A stretch of 64,000 nucleotides of DNA from Candidatus Bathyarchaeota archaeon (GCA_963720565.1 CAVRFW010000003.1:32001-96000), one strand, 5' to 3'; shown: positions 18,190 to 29,502, counted from the first letter of the stretch. Made by a program: numbers and translations. Notes: generated by a model from the sequence alone, not told the origin.

Positions 18190-19640
18190 AAGAAATACTA
18201 ATAGACCCAATCACAAGACTCGAAGGCCACGGAAACATCTCCATATTCCTCAACGATGCAGGCGAAGTGGAAAACGCCTACCTGAAAATCCCCGAACTGA
18301 GAGGCTTCGAAAAATTCTGCGTCGGAAGACAAGCTGAACTCATGCCCCAACTCACAACAAGAATCTGCGGAGTCTGCCCAGTAGCACACCATTTCGCTTC
18401 TGTCAAAGCATTAGACGCTGCTTTCAATGTTGATCCTCCACAGGTAGCTAAGAAACTTCGAGAACTAATGTACGTGGGCTACATAATCTACGACCACACT
18501 CTCCACTTTTACTACTTGGGTGGTCCAGACTTCATAGTCGGTCCTGATGCACCACCTGAAAAACGAAACATCTTGGGAGTTATAGAGAAAGCAGGTATGG
18601 ATGTGGCAAAAGAAGTCATTAAACACCGAGCTTACGGACAGAGGATAACAGAGATTCTCGGCGGCAAAGCTACACATCCAGTATCTGGATTACCTGGAGG
18701 CATATCAAAACCCCTAAGCGAGGAAGGTCGCCAAGAAATCACGAAAATGGCAACTTCCAGTGTTGACTTCGCCAAACTTTCCCTAAAACTGTTCCATGAA
18801 ATTGTTTTAGGCAACAAACAATACTTGGATATGATAAAGAGCGACGCTTACACGATGAACACCTACTACATGGGCATGGTTGACGAACACAACAAAGTCA
18901 ACTTTTACGACGGAAAAATCCGAGTTGTAACTCCAAACGGAAACGAACTTTCCAAGTTTGAACCCAAAGACTATTTAGAACATATCGGCGAACACGTTGA
19001 AGAATGGACATATGCGAAGTTTCCATACTTGAAAAAAGTTGGCTGGAAAGGTCTATCATACGGAGTGGACAGCGGGGTCTACAGAGTTGGTCCGCTTGGA
19101 AGACTGAACGCTTCAGAAGGCTTATCGACACCATTGGCGCAGGCAGAGTATGAGGTTATGTACAACACTTTAGGAGGTAAACCGGTTCACGGCACCTTAG
19201 CCTTCCACTGGGCACGCTTAATCGAGTTGCTCTACGCTGCAGAAAAAGCCGTAGAACTCGCCAAAGACCCAGAGATAACGAACACAAACGTACGCAATAA
19301 ACCCGGAGAACCAGGAGAGGGCATCGGAGTGGTTGAAGCTGCAAGAGGCACACTGTATCATCATTATGTGCTGGACAAAGATGCATTGGTCAAGGACGTG
19401 AATATGATCGTGGCGACAACGAACAATTACCCTGCAATATGTATGTCAATACGCGACGCGGCAAAAGGCTTGATACACGGCGGTAAGGTTGACCAAGGCA
19501 CACTTAACATGGTGGAGATGGCTTTCAGAGCTTACGACCCATGCTTCGGATGCGCAACACATTTCGCAGTCGGACAAATGCCTATGACCATAAAAGTTTT
19601 CGACAGCCAGAAAAACCTCTTAAAGACATTGCAACGGTAG
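18186..19640 (+). CDS. mvhA: F420-non-reducing hydrogenase large subunit MvhA (group 3c)
   Basis: TRLEGH; L1 RICGVCPVAH; L2 AYDPCFGCATH; context with hdrBC and mvhG. Confidence 0.92.
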   Translation: MKEILIDPITRLEGHGNISIFLNDAGEVENAYLKIPELRGFEKFCVGRQAELMPQLTTRICGVCPVAHHFASVKALDAAFNVDPPQVAKKLRELMYVGYIIYDHTLHFYYLGGPDFIVGPDAPPEKRNILGVIEKAGMDVAKEVIKHRAYGQRITEILGGKATHPVSGLPGGISKPLSEEGRQEITKMATSSVDFAKLSLKLFHEIVLGNKQYLDMIKSDAYTMNTYYMGMVDEHNKVNFYDGKIRVVTPNGNELSKFEPKDYLEHIGEHVEEWTYAKFPYLKKVGWKGLSYGVDSGVYRVGPLGRLNASEGLSTPLAQAEYEVMYNTLGGKPVHGTLAFHWARLIELLYAAEKAVELAKDPEITNTNVRNKPGEPGEGIGVVEAARGTLYHHYVLDKDALVKDVNMIVATTNNYPAICMSIRDAAKGLIHGGKVDQGTLNMVEMAFRAYDPCFGCATHFAVGQMPMTIKVFDSQKNLLKTLQR

Positions 19641-19688
19641 AACCATTTTTCTTCCGCTCCTATTCTTCTATATAGTTGGCGTTTTACC

Positions 19689-20186
19689 TTGGGAAAGGCT
19701 GACCTTAAAATCCATAAGTCCTTGAAAGACTGGTTCACGGGCGCAAACAATATCGTTATAGCAGGCATAGGGAACCCCATACGAAGGGACGATTTTGTAG
19801 GCGTAAAGATTATTCAAAACATAGAAGGCAAAATCTCAAAAAATGTTCAACTAATCGAATGCGAAACCGTTCCAGAGAGTTTTCTTGAACCTATGATTGA
19901 ATTCAACCCGTCACACGTTCTCCTAATAGACGCCGCAATTCTAGGATCAGAACCAGGGGACATAAGCCTAATCGACCCTGAGAGCGTCGCAGAAGTTCCC
20001 GCTGTAACCACACATATGCTGCCCCTGCGAATATTCTGCGAATATATAACAAAGATGACAGGTGCAAGGATCGCCTTACTTTTAGTCGAACCCGAAGACA
20101 CCGATTTTGGGGAAGGCTTGACAAAGAAGGTCCAAGCTGCAGCAGAAAAAATCGCCAAAACTCTACTCGAAATATTCCCCGTTTAG
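19689..20186 (+). CDS. hycI: Hydrogenase maturation endopeptidase (HycI-like)
   Basis: GIGNPIRRDDFVG, ETVPE, LIDAA, TTHMLPL. Confidence 0.88.
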   Translation: MGKADLKIHKSLKDWFTGANNIVIAGIGNPIRRDDFVGVKIIQNIEGKISKNVQLIECETVPESFLEPMIEFNPSHVLLIDAAILGSEPGDISLIDPESVAEVPAVTTHMLPLRIFCEYITKMTGARIALLLVEPEDTDFGEGLTKKVQAAAEKIAKTLLEIFPV

Positions 20187-20402
20187 CCATCTGTCTTTCT
20201 CGATCTATTAAACCTCCAAATCCAGAAGTCTTCAAACCAACGCCAACTTCCAAAGAAATTGCGTGAACGTCTTCGAAGTAATTGGTAATCCAACTGTTAG
20301 AATGAGACTCGCTTGCTCAATCGAAACTCGAAATTAATTGCATACGGTTAAGAACGCGCACTTATCACAAGGTAAAAAGGCCCGTTAATCTACAAGTAGG
20401 CT

Positions 20403-20756
20403 TCAAGTGTATTCTCTGAAGGTGTGACTGCATTTTGTGCAACGGAAGAACTGAGTTGAAGATTCATCGCCACCACGGGTCTGCACCTGCCAAACGTATA
20501 CCAGATTGTTCCCGCATTTGGGGCACTCCACCTTAAGCGTCGGCATCGTGTTAATCTTTTGTTCCTCTTTACCTATGACCGTTACCAACTGCTTTATATC
20601 GTGTTTGATAACCTTGCACGGCTTAGGCTCAACTTTATCAACCTCCACTTGCTGTTTGCACCCACACTTTGAGCAAACCAGCACAACGTCGTTCTCTTTG
20701 TCGGCTCCAGTCTTTCTTTGCTTGAAAAGAGAGCCGCATTCCGGACAAAACTCCAT
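20403..20756 (-). CDS. tfs: Transcription factor S (RpoM/TFS)
   Basis: MEFCPECG N-terminal Zn ribbon; C-terminal CPKCGN...QTRGGDESSTQFFRCTKC. Confidence 0.93.
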   Translation of the reverse strand: MEFCPECGSLFKQRKTGADKENDVVLVCSKCGCKQQVEVDKVEPKPCKVIKHDIKQLVTVIGKEEQKINTMPTLKVECPKCGNNLVYVWQVQTRGGDESSTQFFRCTKCSHTFREYT

Positions 20757-21008
20757 AACGAAAACCTCTTTTTCCTCTTTATGATTGGTTTAGTCTTCCT
20801 TCATGATGCTCAAACAAATATAAGTCTTTCCGAAAAGCTCGGATCGCAATCGCCAAGCAGAAAATGAAAACTAACGTGCAACTTTAACTGTTTTCTTCTA
20901 CAATCACTCTTTCTTAGATGTATCATGATAAGGTTAAATAGCGTTCTTCGTGTAGAAATAGACTCCAACCAACCCACTCAGTACGGCTAAGGGAGGCAAG
21001 AAAGAAAA

Positions 21009-21893
21009 ATGAAGATTATTCCTGGTCCTGCTTCATTAGAACTAGGCGAAAAAATTGCCAGACTGGCAAACATAGAGAAAATTGCCGTCTCGCACAGGAC
21101 TTTTCCCGACGGCGAGTCCTACATTCGCTTAATAGGCGACGTGCAAGGCGAGCATGCAGTAATCGTACAAACGACTTGTCCTCCACAAGATACGCGACTC
21201 ATGCAGTTAGGATTTATCGCTAATGCCGCCAAAAGTAATGGGGCGCAAAAAGTCACGGCAGTGGTTCCCTATTTGGCTTATGCACGTCAAGACAAGACTT
21301 TTCTTCAAGGTGAAAACATCAGCATCGAAACTATTGCAGCTATGCTAAAGACAGCTGGAATTGATGAATTAATCACAATAAACATACATTCTGAAAATGC
21401 ACTAAGATTTTTTCCATTTCCAACCAAAAACTTGACCGCCATTCCGCTCCTAGCGCAATACTTCGTCGAAAAGGGTTTCAAGAAAGCTTTTGCTTTGGCT
21501 CCTGACAAAGGCGCCATGTACATTGCAGAACAGGCGCAAAAAATTTTGGGCGGAGACGCAGGGCACCTTGAGAAAAAACGCGACCGTTACACTGGACAAA
21601 CAATCCAGTCAGTTGCGAACCTCGACATAAAAGGGGAAGTCGTTATTATCTTCGATGATATAATCAGCACAGGCGGCACAATCGTCGGTGCAGCAAAAAT
21701 CCTCCGGGACCTCGGTGCAGCAAAAATCTTCGCGTCTTGCGTACATCCACTGTTGATCGGAGATGCTGAAAAGAGAATTCTCGATGCAGGCGTGGCAGAA
21801 ATCGTTGGAACAGATAGCGTTCCAAGCAACACCAGCCGGGTCACACTCGCTCCAATAATAGCAAGAGAATTGCAGGCGCTTGAAAGTGGCTAA
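21009..21893 (+). CDS. prs: Ribose-phosphate pyrophosphokinase
   Basis: FPDGE, PYLAYARQD, APDKGA, DDIISTGGT. Confidence 0.95.
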   Translation: MKIIPGPASLELGEKIARLANIEKIAVSHRTFPDGESYIRLIGDVQGEHAVIVQTTCPPQDTRLMQLGFIANAAKSNGAQKVTAVVPYLAYARQDKTFLQGENISIETIAAMLKTAGIDELITINIHSENALRFFPFPTKNLTAIPLLAQYFVEKGFKKAFALAPDKGAMYIAEQAQKILGGDAGHLEKKRDRYTGQTIQSVANLDIKGEVVIIFDDIISTGGTIVGAAKILRDLGAAKIFASCVHPLLIGDAEKRILDAGVAEIVGTDSVPSNTSRVTLAPIIARELQALESG

Positions 21894-22923
21894 ACTCTTT
21901 TTTCTGCTTTCAGGTGAAAATGAGACTCTTCCCGCAGCTGAACTATCCGCCATACTTGAAGCAGAAAACTTTTCGTTTAGGATAGAAGAAAAACTTGACC
22001 AGGTAGTAAGGCTCGAAGCAGACATTGAAAGTATACTATCTGTCCACCAAAGGTCAGCTTACACCATGATGAGTGCGCTTGAACTTTTCTCGTGTGATGT
22101 TCAAGAGGCTGCAATAACGGAAATGGCTAACAACACCGACTTTACGACCATTCTGAAAGCTGGGGAAAGCTTTGTGGTTCGGATAAAACGCGTAAAAGAA
22201 CACGCGCCCCAATTGGGCACGGTACCTCTTGAGTCAAAACTCGGCAAAATTATACTCAGCAAAGTACCGGAAGCAAAAGTCAACCTCAAGAAACCTGACA
22301 AAACTTTTCTGGGCATCCTCACGAGCAACCTCCTAATATTCGGCTTAAAACTGACTGAAATCCAGCCAAAAACCTACTCCGAGAGAAGACCGCGAAAAAG
22401 GCCTTTCTTCCACCCGTCAGCAATGCCCTCAAAACTAGCGCGATGTATGGTAAATCTAGCATGCGCAAAAGCCGACAGCCTCTTGTTGGATCCTTTTTGC
22501 GGAACAGGAAGCGTCATGATTGAAGCTGCCTTCGTCGGCTGCCGTGTTCTAGGTCTAGATATCCAGCGTCGAATGGCGATGGGTTGTCGTAGAAACCTCA
22601 ATCACTTTAAAATTTCTCAGGAAGGCCTAGTCATCGCTGACTCAAGAAAACTGCCATTAGCTCGCTTGGATTGCCTAGTTACGGATCCACCGTATGGACG
22701 ATCGGCTTCGACAATGAAGTCCACCACTAAACTGTTGGTTGAAGGGGTCCTAAGTTCAGCGCATCCTCTGCTTCGAAGAGGACAACGAATTTGTATAGCT
22801 TCGCCAAAAACTCTAGGCATCGCAAGAATAGGCTCTGAATTGGGGTACAAGCATTTGGAGTCACACTTCGCTTATGTTCACAGAACCCTCACACGTGAGA
22901 TAGCTGTGTTCCAGAAAGCATGA
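21880..22923 (+). CDS. trm11: tRNA (guanine10-N2)-methyltransferase Trm11 (THUMP + Rossmann MTase)
   Basis: THUMP-like N-terminus, RPFFHP, LDPFCGTG, TDPPYG, VHRTLTR. Confidence 0.85.
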   Translation: MKVAKLFFLLSGENETLPAAELSAILEAENFSFRIEEKLDQVVRLEADIESILSVHQRSAYTMMSALELFSCDVQEAAITEMANNTDFTTILKAGESFVVRIKRVKEHAPQLGTVPLESKLGKIILSKVPEAKVNLKKPDKTFLGILTSNLLIFGLKLTEIQPKTYSERRPRKRPFFHPSAMPSKLARCMVNLACAKADSLLLDPFCGTGSVMIEAAFVGCRVLGLDIQRRMAMGCRRNLNHFKISQEGLVIADSRKLPLARLDCLVTDPPYGRSASTMKSTTKLLVEGVLSSAHPLLRRGQRICIASPKTLGIARIGSELGYKHLESHFAYVHRTLTREIAVFQKA

Positions 22924-22935
22924 GGTTGATGAACT

Positions 22936-23858
22936 ATGAGTATGCGCATAATTTTTCTCGGAACCGCAGGTAGCGTCCCGACATTGAAGAGAAATCTACC
23001 AGCTGTGCTTGTCTGCCGCAAAAATGATCAAATATTGTTTGACTGCGGCGAAGGCGTTCAACGTCAGATGCTTATGGCAAAGACGGGCTTTCATAAGAAT
23101 ATGAAAATATTTCTCTCACATATGCACGGCGATCACGTTCTAGGTCTGCCTGGATTAATGCAGACTATGGCTCTAATGGACAGACGAAGCAAACTTCAAG
23201 TTTACGGACCGAACGGAATAAGGCATTTTCTGAAAAGCGTCAAAGAAGCACTGCAGTTCGGCTTGACCTATCCAGTTGAAATCCACGAAATTTACAGTGC
23301 TGGAATCGTCTGTGAGAACCGGAATACACGATCGAAGCTGCAGAATCAAACCATGTTATGTCTAGTTTTGCGTACGCGTTCATAGAAAAACAAAGACCCG
23401 GCAAATTCTATCCTGAAAAAGCCAAAGCACTGGGTATTCCAGAGGGTGAAATATGGTCTAAACTGCAACGTGGAGAGAAAGTCAAATTGGCAAACGGAAA
23501 GACTGTGAAGCCTGAAGAAATCATGGGATCAAATCGCAAGGGGCGAAAAATTGTTTACACTGGAGACACTAGGCCATTCAAAGACTTTGCGAGGTTCGCA
23601 TCTGGAGCGAACTTGATTATCCACGAAGCCACTCTCGACGATACCCTTGTGGAAAAGGCTGATCAAGACGGTCACTCAACGCCCAGTCAAGCCGCTGAGC
23701 AAGCCATGAAAGCTAAGGCAAAGCGATTGATTCTAACTCATATTAGCGCCAGATATCCTGACGCAAAATTGCTGCTGGAGCAAGCTCAAAAAGGTTTCAA
23801 AAATGTGGCTATCGCCGAGGATTTCTTAGAGATTGAAATGCCATTAGAGGATACTTAA
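22936..23858 (+). CDS. rnz: Ribonuclease Z (frameshifted near 23316)
   Basis: FLGTAGSVP, DCGEG and SHMHGDH in ORF 22936-23385; YTGDT, HEAT, HST and THISARY in ORF 23358-23858. One missing base joins the frames (...CEEPEYTIEAAESNH...). Confidence 0.9.
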
Positions 23859-24640
23859 GCCAGTAGCTGCCTCAGTTTTTGAAGGCTCTCTTGTACATGT
23901 TTTACAGATTCTACAACCAAAATCTTGTCGTATGCAATATCTTTCAGGGTTTGCGCAAACTGGTTCCAATCGATTTTCCCGTCGCCTATTCCAAGATGCT
24001 GATCGTTTTCTCCCGTGTTGTCGCTCAGGTGCATGTGCACAATCTTGTCAGGCAGTCTTCTCAAGAAGAGCTCTGTATATCCTTCCAAGTTTGCATGACC
24101 TATGTCAAGGGTTATTCCTATGTCGTTTAGGTTTGTTTCTCTGTAGAATCTGATGAAGTCGTCTGGATTTCTCATTATGAAACCGTATTTTTTGGGCAAG
24201 TTTTCCAAAGCAATGTTTACCCCGTAATTCTCAGCAATTTTGTGAAGTACACGTATGCTTTCAGTGTTTTGTATCCACTCTTTACCGGGATAGAACATGC
24301 TGATTCCCGTTTGGTTGCCTGCGTGGAAAACCCAGAGTTTTGCATCCAAAGCGTTGGCGAAGGTGAGTGACTCTTCAAGTCTTCTCAAGGTGGCGTTTAG
24401 TATTGGCTTTGAGGGAGAGGCGATGTTCATATCGGCAAAAGGTGCATGCACCGTGTACTTTATAGACTTAGATTTTGCCGCTTCCTTGAGTATCGCAACC
24501 CTTTTTTTGCTCAAGGCGTGAATGCCATCGTCAACAACTTCAATGTAAGGTGTTCGTACAGTAGCTAATCGCTGAACCATCTTGCTGAAAGGCTCCGCTA
24601 AGCAGTAGAGCATTGACAATCCAATCTTGGGCTGGGGCAT
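23855..24640 (-). CDS. Sugar phosphate isomerase/epimerase (AP endonuclease 2 TIM barrel)
   Basis: VHAPF, FHAG, LEN, LDIGH, HLSDN...DQHL, VVE metal ligands. The likely start is the ATG at 24640. Confidence 0.85.
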   Translation of the reverse strand: MPQPKIGLSMLYCLAEPFSKMVQRLATVRTPYIEVVDDGIHALSKKRVAILKEAAKSKSIKYTVHAPFADMNIASPSKPILNATLRRLEESLTFANALDAKLWVFHAGNQTGISMFYPGKEWIQNTESIRVLHKIAENYGVNIALENLPKKYGFIMRNPDDFIRFYRETNLNDIGITLDIGHANLEGYTELFLRRLPDKIVHMHLSDNTGENDQHLGIGDGKIDWNQFAQTLKDIAYDKILVVESVKHVQESLQKLRQLLA

Positions 24641-24819
24641 ACATCTTTCTCCTGCTGAAACATCTTCAGGTTTTACTTTTAGGTTCGCGCTTAATAACTT
24701 GATCTGAGATTGTTGTAAATCTGAGAATTTGATGGGCTTTTTCTGCTTCACAGTTAATCGTGCTGGAATCTCACTCTCGGTGGTGAATCTTTATATAATG
24801 TGTTTTTGCTTCATGCGGT

Positions 24820-25719
24820 ATGCTTCGAGATTTGAAGGGTTTTGCCCAGTTCATCTCTGTAGAGAGAGGACTAATGCTGTTCATGATCGTTGTAGGCGCA
24901 ACCTTCTTAATGGGAGAGTCAATTATTTGGTCAAGAGCGCTTTTTCTCGGAGCGATCGCGTTCTCTATATGGAGCGCTGCAGACGCCATAAACAACTTTT
25001 TCGACGTTGACCTTGACCTTCTTTCTGATCCATTTAGAGCTGAGTATACCAAGAAGCTAGGCAAACTCGGTTTGTTCGTCTCTGGTGGATTTACCGTATT
25101 AGCGCTAGCTTTGGGCGCCTCCACCTTGTCTCCATATGTGGTGCTTCTTGTTGGTTTCGGCCTCTTGTTCGGCGTGTTGTATTCGGCTCCGCCCTTTAGA
25201 TTTAGAAAAACCGCTTACAAACCAGTTGTGAATTTCACTGTCGGTGCTGTTCCGGTCTTAATAGTTGCTGCGTTCTTCAACGCGTTCTCAACCAACACGC
25301 TGGCACTAGTATTTCTCATGGGTGTGACGACTTCAGTCAATAGTTTATGGGAGGACTTGGCAGACTACGCTTCCGACTTCAACAGCGGATCACGAACCAT
25401 TCCGGTAATACTCGGCTTCAGACGGGGGCTCTTCCTAACAATAATCATGGGCTACAGCATGATTCCACTCATGTTCTTAGTCGGGGTTCTTTTCAAGTTC
25501 AGCTGGATATACTACATCGCCCTCATAGCCATGGCAGTCTTTGTTTCACTCCGCCTTTTTCAAGAACGACTTACGTTGTTTGAAGACTACAAAACAGACA
25601 CAAAGAAGTTGTTTCAGCTTGGAGAAATACTAGCCAAGGATTTTGTGATCATAGCAATAGTTTTTACCCTAAGTCTGATGGTAAGCAGTATGCTCAGAAT
25701 TAACCCGATTTTGTTCTGA
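24820..25719 (+). CDS. UbiA family prenyltransferase
   Basis: NNFFDVDLD and EDLADYASD Asp-rich motifs, LYSAPPFR, multiple TM helices. Confidence 0.88.
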   Translation: MLRDLKGFAQFISVERGLMLFMIVVGATFLMGESIIWSRALFLGAIAFSIWSAADAINNFFDVDLDLLSDPFRAEYTKKLGKLGLFVSGGFTVLALALGASTLSPYVVLLVGFGLLFGVLYSAPPFRFRKTAYKPVVNFTVGAVPVLIVAAFFNAFSTNTLALVFLMGVTTSVNSLWEDLADYASDFNSGSRTIPVILGFRRGLFLTIIMGYSMIPLMFLVGVLFKFSWIYYIALIAMAVFVSLRLFQERLTLFEDYKTDTKKLFQLGEILAKDFVIIAIVFTLSLMVSSMLRINPILF

Positions 25720-25939
25720 CTTCTCACACCCGACATTGGTATTAAACAGGTTTTGTCCAAATCATATAACTTAGCCAATCATGTTCGTACGGAATACCCA
25801 CTGCAGGGAAGTGTCTCGCGTCTTTCTAGACCCAATATAGAACACCCGTCGAAAAGGGAATGGCTATCTGAGATGACCTTCAACTTATAAATCTGTTCGT
25901 TTTCTATTCTGTAAAAGAATCGAAATCGGGATCTTCAAA

Positions 25940-26548
25940 ATGGCATCACCTATCGAGCTTATTGGAGTGTTGGTTGGCTCTTTCTTGATAAATCTTGTTC
26001 CCTTTGCCGGTCCATCCAACCTTTTCATAGCATCCACAGCCGCTTTAACGGTGCAATCTGACCCGTTTTCACTGGGCTTTCTGGTAGCTCTAGGTGCGAC
26101 TCTAGCCAAAAGTGTACATTACGTGGTCACTTTCTTCATAGGCAAACACATAGGCGAAAAACGCAGAGAACGCATTGATACTGAAACCCAAAAAATTAAG
26201 CGCTGGGCTTTCTTTCTGCTCTTCGCTGCCGCTGCCTCGCCAATTCCTGACGAACCAGTAGTTGTACCTCTGGGATTAATGAAGTACAGTCCAGCAAAAT
26301 TCTTTGCAGCTTTCTTTTCAGGCAAAATCATTATAACTGTAATTGGCGCATCCTTGGGAGGCTGGACGGGAGAAGTCTTTTCCCCATTCATAAGCCAAGA
26401 AGTTCTGGCAGTCATCTCCATAACTCTCACGATAGTCATCACTATTTTGCTGTTGAAGGTTGACACTGCAAAAATAATTGAGAAACTCTTTAGAAGGAAA
26501 AACGGTCCCTCGCAGAAAACAGAGAGTGAGAAGGTTAATATCTCCTAA
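25940..26548 (+). CDS. DedA/VTT (SNARE-associated) membrane protein
   Basis: Hydrophobic; GATLAK...Y and ASPIPDE...PLG...F...GK pattern. Confidence 0.75.
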   Translation: MASPIELIGVLVGSFLINLVPFAGPSNLFIASTAALTVQSDPFSLGFLVALGATLAKSVHYVVTFFIGKHIGEKRRERIDTETQKIKRWAFFLLFAAAASPIPDEPVVVPLGLMKYSPAKFFAAFFSGKIIITVIGASLGGWTGEVFSPFISQEVLAVISITLTIVITILLLKVDTAKIIEKLFRRKNGPSQKTESEKVNIS

Positions 26549-26594
26549 GAACACGCATTGAAAATGCGCAAAACACTATTTCGGGAGATCTGCT

Positions 26595-27098
26595 ATGCCA
26601 CAAAAAAAGCAAAGATACTCCATAAGATCCAAGGAAGCTAGACTTGTCGTAAGGGAGATTTCTGAAAGGCTGAAAATCAACATTGAAGATATAATTGGTT
26701 TGAAACCCAAATTTGAAATCGCCGAAACGGATTCTGTGAAAATATATCTCCTAAACGGAAGACCAATTTTCCAGAGGCTTGAAGAAAAAATTCTACCGAC
26801 GCTTCTTTTCACGGAACTATATGATCGATTGCCTAAAATCGTTGTTGATATGGGCGCGGTTCCTTATGTTTGCAAGGGAGCCGATATTATGGCGCCAGGC
26901 ATAGTTCGCATAGAAGGTGAATTCTTCAAAGGAGACCTTGTTCTGGTTTTGGATGAAAAACACGGCAAAATGCTTGCTCTATGCGAGACCCTTTACGACG
27001 CCGAAAAAGCAAGAAACACAAAGAAGGGTGCTGTGGCAAGAAGCCTCCATTTTGTTAGCGACAAAATATGGGATTATGCCAAGACTCTAACTGAATAA
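26595..27098 (+). CDS. PUA-domain RNA-binding protein (DUF1947/Tma20-MCT-1-like)
   Basis: LPTL, VVDMGAVPYVCKGADIMAPGI, HFVSDKIW. Confidence 0.88.
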   Translation: MPQKKQRYSIRSKEARLVVREISERLKINIEDIIGLKPKFEIAETDSVKIYLLNGRPIFQRLEEKILPTLLFTELYDRLPKIVVDMGAVPYVCKGADIMAPGIVRIEGEFFKGDLVLVLDEKHGKMLALCETLYDAEKARNTKKGAVARSLHFVSDKIWDYAKTLTE

Positions 27099-27258
27099 CA
27101 AGACTCCATTGCAGCCGCGGTTGGTCTTTTTGCTTAGTAAGCATCAGAGCTTTTCAAGTCTTCATAGAGATGAAAACGCGTCATTGTATTGTCGAATGTC
27201 AGAAGGAAATTTGCTGTCTAGTATCAACTCGAAAATTATTTCCAAGCCCGATTTAAAG

Positions 27259-27314
27259 TTTATATAGGAACAAAACTCTGTTTCAACCGGTTTAACATCA
27301 CAATCATAAGGAGG
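27259..27314 (+). promoter_or_regulatory. Putative TATA box (TTTATATA, 27259-27266) and SD (AGGAGG, 27309-27314) of cdc48
   Basis: Matches to archaeal consensus motifs upstream of the TTG at 27322. Confidence 0.5.
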
Positions 27315-27321
27315 ATTCTGT

Positions 27322-29493
27322 TTGAGTGAAATTCAATTGCGAGTTGGAGATGCCCGCCAGAGAGACGTCGGCAGAGGCATAGCACGCATTGACCAACGAA
27401 CCATGCAAAAACTTGGGATAAGCGCAGGCGATGTCATAGAGATAATAAACAAACGAACGACCTCGGCTATAGCTTGGCCAGCCTACAGCGAAGACCAAAA
27501 TCGTGACATAATTAGAATAGATGGCTTCACAAGGAAAAATAGTGGAGTAGCCATAAACGAGTTTGTTGTCGTACGTCCGGCAAAAGTAAAGACTGCTCTT
27601 GCCCTAACACTCGCTCCGGTTGACATGAGATTGAACGTTGATGATGACTTCACTAACTTTGTTAGGAACCGCCTTATGGAACGCACACTTGTTGAAGGAG
27701 ACACAACATTGGTGATGATGCTGGGGCACGCAATTCCTTTTACCGTCACTAAGACCCGTCCACACGGAATAGTGAAAGTCACAGCCGAAACGAGACTAAC
27801 CATCTTGAACGAACCAGCACCAGAGTCTAAAGGTCTACCCCGAACAACCTATGAAGACATAGGTGGGCTACATGAGGAAATTCAGCGCGTCCGAGAAATG
27901 GTTGAACTCCCGCTTAGACATCCTGAACTTTTCCAACGCCTAGGGATAGAGCCACCAAAGGGTGTACTACTTCATGGTCCGCCAGGTTGCGGCAAAACCC
28001 TTCTAGCCAGAGCAGTAGCCAACGAGTCTGAAGCTAACTTCTACTCAATAAACGGTCCAGAAATCATGAGTAAATTCTACGGCGAATCCGAGGCAAGACT
28101 GCGCGAAATCTTTCAGCAAGCACAGCAGAACTCCCCTAGCATAATATTCATCGACGAACTCGACGCAATAGCACCCAAACGCGAAGAGGTCACCGGTGAA
28201 GTTGAACGCCGCGTGGTTGCCCAACTTCTTGCTTTGATGGATGGTCTATCTGGAAGAGGAAACGTTATAGTTATTGGCGCCACAAATCGACCTGGAGCTC
28301 TAGATCCAGCGTTGCGGAGACCAGGAAGATTTGATCGAGAAATCGAAATTGGCGTCCCAGACAAAAAGGGACGGCACGAAGTGCTTCAAATACACACTCG
28401 TGGAATGCCATTGGCAGAAGATGTTGACCTCAAGAAACTCTCAGAAATAACGCATGGGTACACAGGCGCCGATTTATCAGCATTAGGCAGGGAAACTGCC
28501 ATGAAAGCACTTCGCAGGTATTTGCCGCAGATTAACCTTGAAGACGAACGTATACCGCCCGAAGTGCTTGAAAAAATGGATGTGCGGATGGACGACTTTG
28601 TCAATGCTTACAAGGAAGTCACGCCAACAGCTATGCGGGAAGTTTACATCGAAGTCTCGACCGTGCACTGGGATGATGCGGGTGGACTCGACGAAGTAAA
28701 ACAGCGTCTTAAGGAAGCCGTCGAGTGGCCTATGAAAACCCCGGAAATCTTCAGCAGGTTAGGAATAAAACCTCCGAAGGGCATTCTGCTGTATGGTCCT
28801 CCAGGTTGTGGAAAAACGCTGCTGGCGAGGGCGGTCGCAACCGAGAGCGAAGCTAACTTCATATCTATCAAAGGTCCGGAAGTCTTTTCTAAATGGGTTG
28901 GCGAATCAGAAAAGGCTATACGCGAGGTCTTCAGAAAAGCACGTATGGCAGCTCCAGCAGTGATTTTCCTCGACGAGATTGACTCTCTCACTCCTAGACG
29001 TGGATTAGGCTTCTCGGACAGTGGTGTCTCAGAGCGAGTCATAAGTCAACTACTCACAGAAATGGACGGGATAGTCACACTGGAAGACATAGTTGTCATC
29101 GCTGCGACAAACAGGCCTGACATGGTAGACTCAGCAGTACTGAGGCCAGGAAGATTTGACAGATTGATATACGTTCCAGAGCCAGACGAAACCAGCAGGA
29201 TTCAGATATTCAAAATATACACGAAAGACATGCCACTTACAAAAGATGTTGACATTAATCAGCTTGCTATTATGACAAAATACTATTCCGGAGCAGACAT
29301 TGAATCTCTGTGTAGAGAAGCCGCTATGCATGCGCTTAGAAGAGACATAGCTGCCAGAGAAGTCACCATGAAAGACTTCCAAGAAGCCATAAAAGAAGTA
29401 AGACCATCAGTCACTCCAGATATGGAAAAATGGTACAAGAGTTTCATGCAACAGATTAAACAGCTGCAAAAACCTGGGACGCCAGTCGCTTAA
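27322..29493 (+). CDS. cdc48: CDC48/VCP family AAA+ ATPase
   Basis: N-domain plus two AAA modules (GPPGCGKT x2, [23 protein letters not shown]). Confidence 0.96.
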   Translation: MSEIQLRVGDARQRDVGRGIARIDQRTMQKLGISAGDVIEIINKRTTSAIAWPAYSEDQNRDIIRIDGFTRKNSGVAINEFVVVRPAKVKTALALTLAPVDMRLNVDDDFTNFVRNRLMERTLVEGDTTLVMMLGHAIPFTVTKTRPHGIVKVTAETRLTILNEPAPESKGLPRTTYEDIGGLHEEIQRVREMVELPLRHPELFQRLGIEPPKGVLLHGPPGCGKTLLARAVANESEANFYSINGPEIMSKFYGESEARLREIFQQAQQNSPSIIFIDELDAIAPKREEVTGEVERRVVAQLLALMDGLSGRGNVIVIGATNRPGALDPALRRPGRFDREIEIGVPDKKGRHEVLQIHTRGMPLAEDVDLKKLSEITHGYTGADLSALGRETAMKALRRYLPQINLEDERIPPEVLEKMDVRMDDFVNAYKEVTPTAMREVYIEVSTVHWDDAGGLDEVKQRLKEAVEWPMKTPEIFSRLGIKPPKGILLYGPPGCGKTLLARAVATESEANFISIKGPEVFSKWVGESEKAIREVFRKARMAAPAVIFLDEIDSLTPRRGLGFSDSGVSERVISQLLTEMDGIVTLEDIVVIAATNRPDMVDSAVLRPGRFDRLIYVPEPDETSRIQIFKIYTKDMPLTKDVDINQLAIMTKYYSGADIESLCREAAMHALRRDIAAREVTMKDFQEAIKEVRPSVTPDMEKWYKSFMQQIKQLQKPGTPVA

Positions 29494-29502
29494 GGAGAAT
29501 AC

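Noticed and set aside
24641..24751. N-terminal extension of the TIM-barrel ORF
   Set aside because: Lies in the divergent promoter region; the family-like sequence begins at ATG 24640.
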